Positions 57,497 to 64,000 of a stretch of 64,000 nucleotides of DNA are shown here, in pieces. Source of the DNA: Octopus vulgaris (taxonomy: Eukaryota); contig OX597830.1 of the NCBI GenBank assembly GCA_951406725.2, forward strand, positions 28,644,001 to 28,708,000. The letters run 5' to 3'. A program made the translations under genes and the position numbers. The notes under the pieces were generated by a model that was not told where the DNA came from, did not search any database, and was given only the letters and a program-made list of their open reading frames with translations. Within the stretch, counting starts at the first letter, position 1; the number at the start of each line of letters is the position of its first letter.

Positions 57497-57837
57497 AAGG
57501 CAGACATACACACACACAGCGAGAGAGAGGTTAGTGCGTGTGAGTGCTACTTACTGACTGAATGACTTTAATGTGTATGCAATATGTATTTTTGAATGTA
57601 TGCATCATGCTTAAAAAGAATAATATCGCAACCATATTAAAAAAGAAAACAAATATCCGTCCAAAATCGGATCATCATAAAATCGACGCACGTCACTCAA
57701 AATATTTTCTATAATAAACACAGTGAACGTGACGGACTGAACTTTAGCTGCAGAGGCTAACAACGATGTCCGCTTCGATTTTGTCATTGGAGAACCAACT
57801 TTTTCACCCACATATATATCCACACACACACATGTGC

Positions 57838-57877
<40 letters not shown>

Positions 57878-58349
57878 GTACATAAACACACACATAGACG
57901 CATAAACACATACACGCAATAATTTATATATGTTTGTCTATGTGTGATTTAAGGTGAGTAAACTCATGTGCTCCATTCTGTTTAGGCTCACGACTATGTT
58001 TGAGGGTTTCATTTTCGGATTGAGCAAAACTTCAAGTCTACTATGCCATAATGGGTACCCGCCGTGAGCTGTTGCAGACCTCTCTCCCTCTGTCACTTTC
58101 TCTGACTCTCTCTACCTCAGTCAGTCACTCATTTTCTCATTCTCTCTCTCTTCTCAGCAGCCACTTTCTGGACGTTCTGCTGAGTCAAGAGCGAAGATGG
58201 TGCCATAAGTGTTATATTTTCACTCTCAAGAAACATGGTAGCTAAAAAAATTAGCATGGTACACGTTTCCAAGGGATTCACGCATGCTATTGACATGTGT
58301 ACCAAATTTACGTTCACACACAAACACACAAACACACATATATATATAC

Positions 58350-58705
58350 GTTCAATGGACTGTGCTGAGTTCTCAAACATTTAAACCAATGTTTCTCAAA
58401 ACAACTTGTCCGACCGTCCCATAGGCCTCTCCTTTGAGAAACACTGATTTAACCTAAATTTGAGACACCAGCAAAAGAAGAAATAAAGATAGACTTATTT
58501 CTATTCCAAGAAAAACGATTTTACAAATGCACGTTCCCACGGCTTTATCGACCGCATTCTCACCTGGAATCGATTTTTGTAATTTTTCAAGACTTATACT
58601 CGCCCTGATACCGTTGGTATCTACATATTACATTTGAGCACAAATGGATGGAGGATGCCCGAGATCCTTGAAGACACACACACAGACAGAACGGATTTTA
58701 TATAA
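58350..58705 (+). mobile_element. Second copy of the Helitron-like dispersed repeat
   Basis: Homologous to 50325-50715. Confidence 0.6.
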
Positions 58706-58828
58706 TATATATATATATATATATATAGTTAATCCAAAAATGAAAGCACAAAGAGAAAACACAACAACCCGAGGACGTGGAACAAATATAGTATTATTGG
58801 ACGCTCAGGAAGGAAGGAAAGAAGGAGA

Positions 58829-58863
58829 GTTTAACGTTTCGAGCAGAGCTCTTCGTCAGAAAC
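58829..58863 (-). ncRNA. Minimal type-I hammerhead ribozyme, family A (cassette 58727-58935)
   Basis: Minus: GTTT CTGACGA A GAGC tct GCTC GAAA CG TT AAAC. Full core, stems I and II, palindromic ACGU stem III, GUU site. Confidence 0.78.
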
Positions 58864-58949
58864 ATAGGAAAAGGAAAGATCCAGAGAAGGGAAGACGGAG
58901 GAAGAAAAAACGCCAACGGTACACACGCGGTCACATACACACACATAAA

Positions 58950-59760
58950 GTGTTGGGCCTAAATTTTGACGATTTTCTACGTTTCATTTTCTCAGGTACA
59001 GTTTAATGCCTTGGCTGGCATTGGAGATTACTGTTATTAATGTTAGCAGGCATTGAGTATTAGAAACGATCAGAACTTTTCGAAAGTCCCACTATATGAT
59101 GATGGTTTGTGCCGGGTGTCAAAATATGGACATCATGATTTTGAGACGTGAAATGGACATCATGAAAAATGTTCATTGTGTATATCTCCGGTGAGGGTGA
59201 CGTCAAGCTTCATCATTGAACAGGGTCTTGGGTTCAATTCTGGCAGTCTCTATATGCATCTATATATACGTATATACAAAGGGGTGCTGAAAAGTTCCTG
59301 GCTTTAAAAGCATCGCAAAAGGTCTTGTTTGGAGGCCCAATATTTTGAGTTCTTTTTTAGGGATTGGAAAAAAACCAAGTACCGTTTTAATAAGTGTGTG
59401 AATCTGAGCGGAATATATCTTCAATAAAATGTGATCAATACCTAGATGGTCAGGGGTATGATAGAAGACTATTATTTACGGCAAAAGAATTCGGCTTTTC
59501 GTCATACACCCAGAAAGATTAAGAAGTGGTTGTCGGTAAATTTCTGTGACTTCACCAGCCACAATTTCTGACCTCTCAATTCCCCCAGTTGTAATCCCAT
59601 GTATTATTATGGGTGAGACGTAGAATAAAAAGACACCAACCACTCTGCCTGCAGTAACAACACCAATCTGCTGGCCGAGATCGAAGAGGTGTCCGAAGAT
59701 CTTCCCAGGAACACAATGAGTAAGGCATACCCCAGGTTACGGAGTCTTCTTGAGGGCAGG
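58950..59760 (+). mobile_element. Internally deleted maT/DD37D-like transposon, interrupted by a mariner-type MITE fragment (about 59275-59430)
   Basis: ISGEGDVKL..EQGL, then [61 protein letters not shown] (cf. WPPNSPDCNPMDY); insert starts TACAAAGGGGTGCTGAAAAGTTCCTGGC. Confidence 0.8.
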
Positions 59761-59837
59761 GAATGGTCGTAAAAAGCTCTATGAAAATGACCGTTCAACA
59801 ACGGGATCATTTTCATAGCATTTGTTTTCGATGGCCC

Positions 59838-59898
59838 GATAACCGAAGAGATGGAAGCGTGTGTTTCCGCCCCGACATCCGAAACTCGGAGTTTTATC
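59838..59898 (+). ncRNA. Hammerhead-like motif, unique family
   Basis: GATAA CCGAAGA GATG ..22 nt.. CATC C GAAA CTC G GAG TT TTATC; 5-bp stem I, near-palindromic stem III, core has U4>C. Confidence 0.62.
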
Positions 59899-59930
59899 AT
59901 GGCTACTGAGTGATTGTCACATATTATATT

Positions 59931-59994
<64 letters not shown>

Positions 59995-60092
59995 TATATA
60001 CAGAGAGAGAGAGAGAGAGAGAAAGAGAGAATGAGAAAGACATACAGACATAGATATATATTTACACATGCATATATGATGTACTGTATATA

Positions 60093-60130
<38 letters not shown>

Positions 60131-60651
60131 TATATGTATGTACATATATATATATATATACATATATATGTGTGTGTGTATATATATATATATATATGCA
60201 TATATATATATACGTATACATATATATAAATATACACATGGACACTCATATTTATGTATATACATACATACAAACATATATATACATATATATATTTAGT
60301 GAATGCGTACATGCACTGGCATATAGTACGTGTATATTAACGCCTATGAATGCGAAGTGTTGTGCTTCAACGTGTGTCTCATCGCATACGATGGTTTTAA
60401 AAGGCATTAAATTTGAAGTAAAAATATATCCTGTCTACGATAGAAAAGAAATACTGATAACGGAACAACTCAATGGAATTCAATATCAATAGACTTATGT
60501 TTGACCTTTGACATTATAACAACTCAATTCGAAGATGTGACGTCATGCAGAGTGAGGCGGTAGCAACAGTTAATATTCATTCAAATCAAGATTAAGCATA
60601 GGGTGTACATATATAAATGTAAATATATATAAGCTTACTTGTGTATAAGTT

Positions 60652-60683
<32 letters not shown>

Positions 60684-60753
60684 TGCATATATGTAAATGT
60701 ATATATATATATGCATATATGTATATATATATGTGTGTATATGTATATATATG

Positions 60754-60828
<75 letters not shown>

Positions 60829-60837
60829 ATGAATATG

Positions 60838-60885
<48 letters not shown>

Positions 60886-61329
60886 CATATATATATATAT
60901 ATATGTATATATGTATACATATAATGTGTGTGTTTGTTTGTGTGTGTGTATGTGTGTGTGTGTGTGTGAGTATGTGTGTATAATCATGTGTATTAAAGTC
61001 CTTATAAACTGTCTAGATTAAGCCAAAAAGTTCCAAAACAATTTCTGAAATATGTACGTAATTGTTGTTCCATTTCAATGGGAAAATAATATCTAAAAGT
61101 TTCAAAGTTTAGAATCTTTATACTTGCTATATTTCCGAAACGGTGTGTTTCTTACACACGTACGCATGCACGCACAAATACAAATATACATACATACATA
61201 CATACATACATACATACATACATACATACATACATACATACATACATAAATACATACATACATACATACATACATACATACATACACACATATATATATA
61301 AAGAATTTATATCTGTCCGTTTCTCTGGC

Positions 61330-61362
<33 letters not shown>

Positions 61363-61424
61363 ATTTCTTTACACACATATATATAACATATATGCATATT
61401 CATATATGTGTAAACACTCATACC

Positions 61425-61491
<67 letters not shown>

Positions 61492-62079
61492 GTGTGTGTG
61501 TGTCTGTATATATATATATATAAACTCATACACATACATATATATTGTTACTACTACGACTTTTCCGTACTTCACAAAATACTCTCCCATAATTAAACTT
61601 ACAGAAGTATTTTTCTTTAACTGTCTGCAACAAATATTCATAAATTTATGAGTTATTTGGTGTCGTGATTCAGAAATGACGGAAAGAGCTAAGAAAAATA
61701 TAGAGTGAAATGAATAGGTGCGTGATATTATAACAAGATTTTTTTGTTTCTGTCAATTCTGTATCAAGGAACCGTGTCTTTCATCAAACGTTGTTGAAGA
61801 CAGAATCCCTCTGTGACCAGAAGTCAGTGACTGAATGTAAGTCGGTTTTGAACGTGCAAATATGCCAAAGAGTAGACAGATATATAGCCAAACGGATGGA
61901 GCTTCGCACAGAGAGAAATCTATAAACTACTCAAATAGATATTATCTCTCAAGCAGCTTACACGTTGATTACTAATACACAACTACGCCATTTAATTTTA
62001 CCAAGCGACGTATTTTACACCACACCCCTTCACAAAGGAATGACAAACACACGGGCACTTATATATATGTGTGTTTGAC

Positions 62080-62310
62080 ACTGTGGTTAGAGCATCTGGT
62101 CTACAATCGTGGGATTCTGGGTTCATTTTCCAGATCGGACAGTGCGATGTGTTCTTGAGCAAGACACTTTATTTTCACATTGGTTCAGTTCATTAAGCTG
62201 CAGAAATGAGTTGCGACGTCACTGGTTCTAAGCTGTATCAGCCTTTGCCTTTTCTTTGGACAACATCGGCAGCGTAGAGAAGGAAGACTGGTGTTCATAG
62301 GTAATTGCTG
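62080..62310 (+). mobile_element. SINE group K (body B), diverged
   Basis: GTGGTTAGAG..GGGTTC..TGTGTTCTTGAGCAAGACACTTTATTTCAC..AGCTGCAGAAATGAGT. Confidence 0.7.
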
Positions 62311-62709
62311 GTCTTCAACAAACAAGATATGTAGATGTAATCTCATGGACATTTGTAGCAGAAGGTCTTCTTTATATACATATAATGGACACTCTGGTCG
62401 AAGACGAAGTATAATTGTTCAGCTGTTACCGAATGACCTGAACAAATGATTTGTTTATACTGATCAAATGCATGTGCTGTACATTGGCTCACACCCTTCA
62501 TCAAATCGACGTTGCCAGGGCATAGTTGCCGTTGCCAGAACATAGTGTACTACACGTTTGGTGTTCAAGTGATCAGAGATCAACGTGAGATAAAATGATT
62601 TGCTCAAAAATACACCGCAGCACCCGGTATAAAAATTTAAACTACTATCTTGCGATTGGGAGTGCAACACTCTAATCACAAGGCCGTGCATACGTACATA
62701 CATATATAG

Positions 62710-62778
<69 letters not shown>

Positions 62779-62906
62779 CTGGCAAATAAATAAATAGATA
62801 AATAATTATATATATGTATATCCGTCTTTTTAGTATGTGACCTCGTGAATACTACCTGCAATTTTTTTCCTCTGTCCTCCCGTCTCGGGATCTTTCTTTC
62901 TCCTAT

Positions 62907-62941
62907 GTTTCTGACGAAGAGCTCCGCTCGAAACGTCAAAC
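62907..62941 (+). ncRNA. Minimal type-I hammerhead ribozyme, family A (cassette about 62835-63045)
   Basis: GTTT CTGACGA A GAGC tcc GCTC GAAA CG TC AAAC. Full core with GUC site. Confidence 0.8.
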
Positions 62942-63069
62942 CCTCCTTCTTCCCTTCTTTCCTGAGCGTCCAATAATACTTTATTTGTTCCACATCCTTG
63001 CGTTGTTGTCTTTTTGTTTTCTTGTTTGGATTAACTTTATGTATATATATATATGTGTGTGTTTGTGTG

Positions 63070-63315
63070 TGGAGGCGCAATGGCCCAGTGGTTAGGGTAG
63101 CGGTTCCGCGGTCGGATGATCGCGGTTTATTGAGCGAAAACACCTAAAAGCTCCACGAGGTCCGGCAGGGGGTGGTGGCGACCCTCTGTTGTACTCTTTC
63201 GCCACAACTTTCTCTCACTCTCTCTTCTTGTTTCTTGAGTAATGCTGCGATGGACTGACGCCACAGAAACTGGGAAACCGGGCCCATGAGCCTGGCTAGG
63301 CTTGAAAAAGGCGAC
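63070..63315 (+). mobile_element. SINE group K (body A, internally deleted, tail Y-like)
   Basis: TGGAGGCGCAATGGCCCAGTGGTTAGGG head matching the 43481 copy; GAAACTGGGAAACCGGGCCCATGAGCC tail. Confidence 0.85.
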
Positions 63316-63521
63316 GTTTATCGTTTTATATGTATATATATATATATATATATACAAATTTAAAAGAGGAATGAGCACTAAAGTGGTCACCCTATATGCT
63401 AAACATAGACGCCAAATCGCCATTACCACGAAGAATGTGTTCTCAAGAAAAAAGTCTCAGCGAAACACCAAAATTAAAAATGATCAAGACAAATGAAAAC
63501 ATGCAAAATGAAAACGATTAC

Positions 63522-63595
63522 CTACGTACCATTGGTTTCACTTGTTAATATCTACGTATATAAACTCGCAGATATCGGCAAGATCATCAGCGTAG
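63522..63595 (-). ncRNA. Type-I hammerhead ribozyme with extended stem II
   Basis: Minus: CTACG CTGATGA T CTTG ccg ATATCTGCG agtttatata CGTAGATAT taa CAAG T GAAA CCA a TGG TA CGTAG. Confidence 0.82.
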
Positions 63596-63656
63596 TCTGT
63601 CGCTTACAAAACACAATTTTCAGAACCAGAATTATTGTCGTCTACACATAGATATG

Positions 63657-63720
<64 letters not shown>

Positions 63721-63785
63721 GACACCGAGTGGGCAGTCATCTAAGAGTTTTTGTTCATCTTGATGCTGACATAAGTTCCTTGTCT

Positions 63786-63864
63786 CTCCTGATGAGAAGG
63801 CAGCATAATGCACCCCTTATTCCTTCGAAATTAGGAATATGCAGCCTTCGAAACATATGTCGAG
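63786..63864 (+). ncRNA. Type-I hammerhead ribozyme with extended stem II
   Basis: CTC CTGATGA GAAGGC ..TATTCCT tcgaaatt AGGAATA.. GCCTTC GAAA CATATG TC GAG; canonical G10.1-C11.1 pair and GUC site. Confidence 0.88.
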
Positions 63865-63944
63865 CATAAAGGAATTTTGTTAAATCGTCGTTCAACGCCA
63901 GTCTTTCATTTATTTGTATATATATATATATATATACTTATATT

Positions 63945-64000
63945 TGCTTCCGTCATTTCACTGCGGCAAAGCTGGATCACCACCTTTCAGTCGAACAAAT
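63945..64000 (-). mobile_element. 3' end of a SINE group C, running off the window
   Basis: GTCATTTCACTGCGGCAAAGCTGGATCACCACCTT..GTCGAACAAAT matches 18675-18722. Confidence 0.65.

Noticed and set aside
57995-58045. miR-87-like seed TGAGCAA
   Set aside because: The remainder mismatches the known mature sequence and the hairpin is poor.

Overview
AT-rich, microsatellite-saturated eukaryotic non-coding DNA. The SINE families and the extreme (TA)n/(CA)n/(GATA)n/(ATT)n load look like a coleoid cephalopod, probably Octopus; this is inferred from recalled repeat sequences, not from a search. I see no intact host protein-coding gene, rRNA, tRNA or CRISPR array, and almost all supplied ORFs are translations of simple repeats. 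The unique sequence is mostly decayed mobile DNA: three tRNA-headed SINE groups (many nested), mariner, maT-like and Tigger DNA-transposon relics, two R4/Dong-type non-LTR fragments beside (TAA)n, two Helitron-like copies and three Penelope-like element (PLE) relics with RT-thumb and/or GIY-YIG remnants. The most notable signal is about 14 type-I hammerhead-ribozyme-like motifs in short, (TA)n-anchored, non-coding cassettes from several unrelated sequence families. Four are structurally near-complete (58829-58863, 62907-62941, 63522-63595, 63786-63864). Together they suggest a PLE-mobilised, retrozyme-like population of self-cleaving RNAs. All structures and translations were read by eye, and boundaries of decayed elements are approximate.
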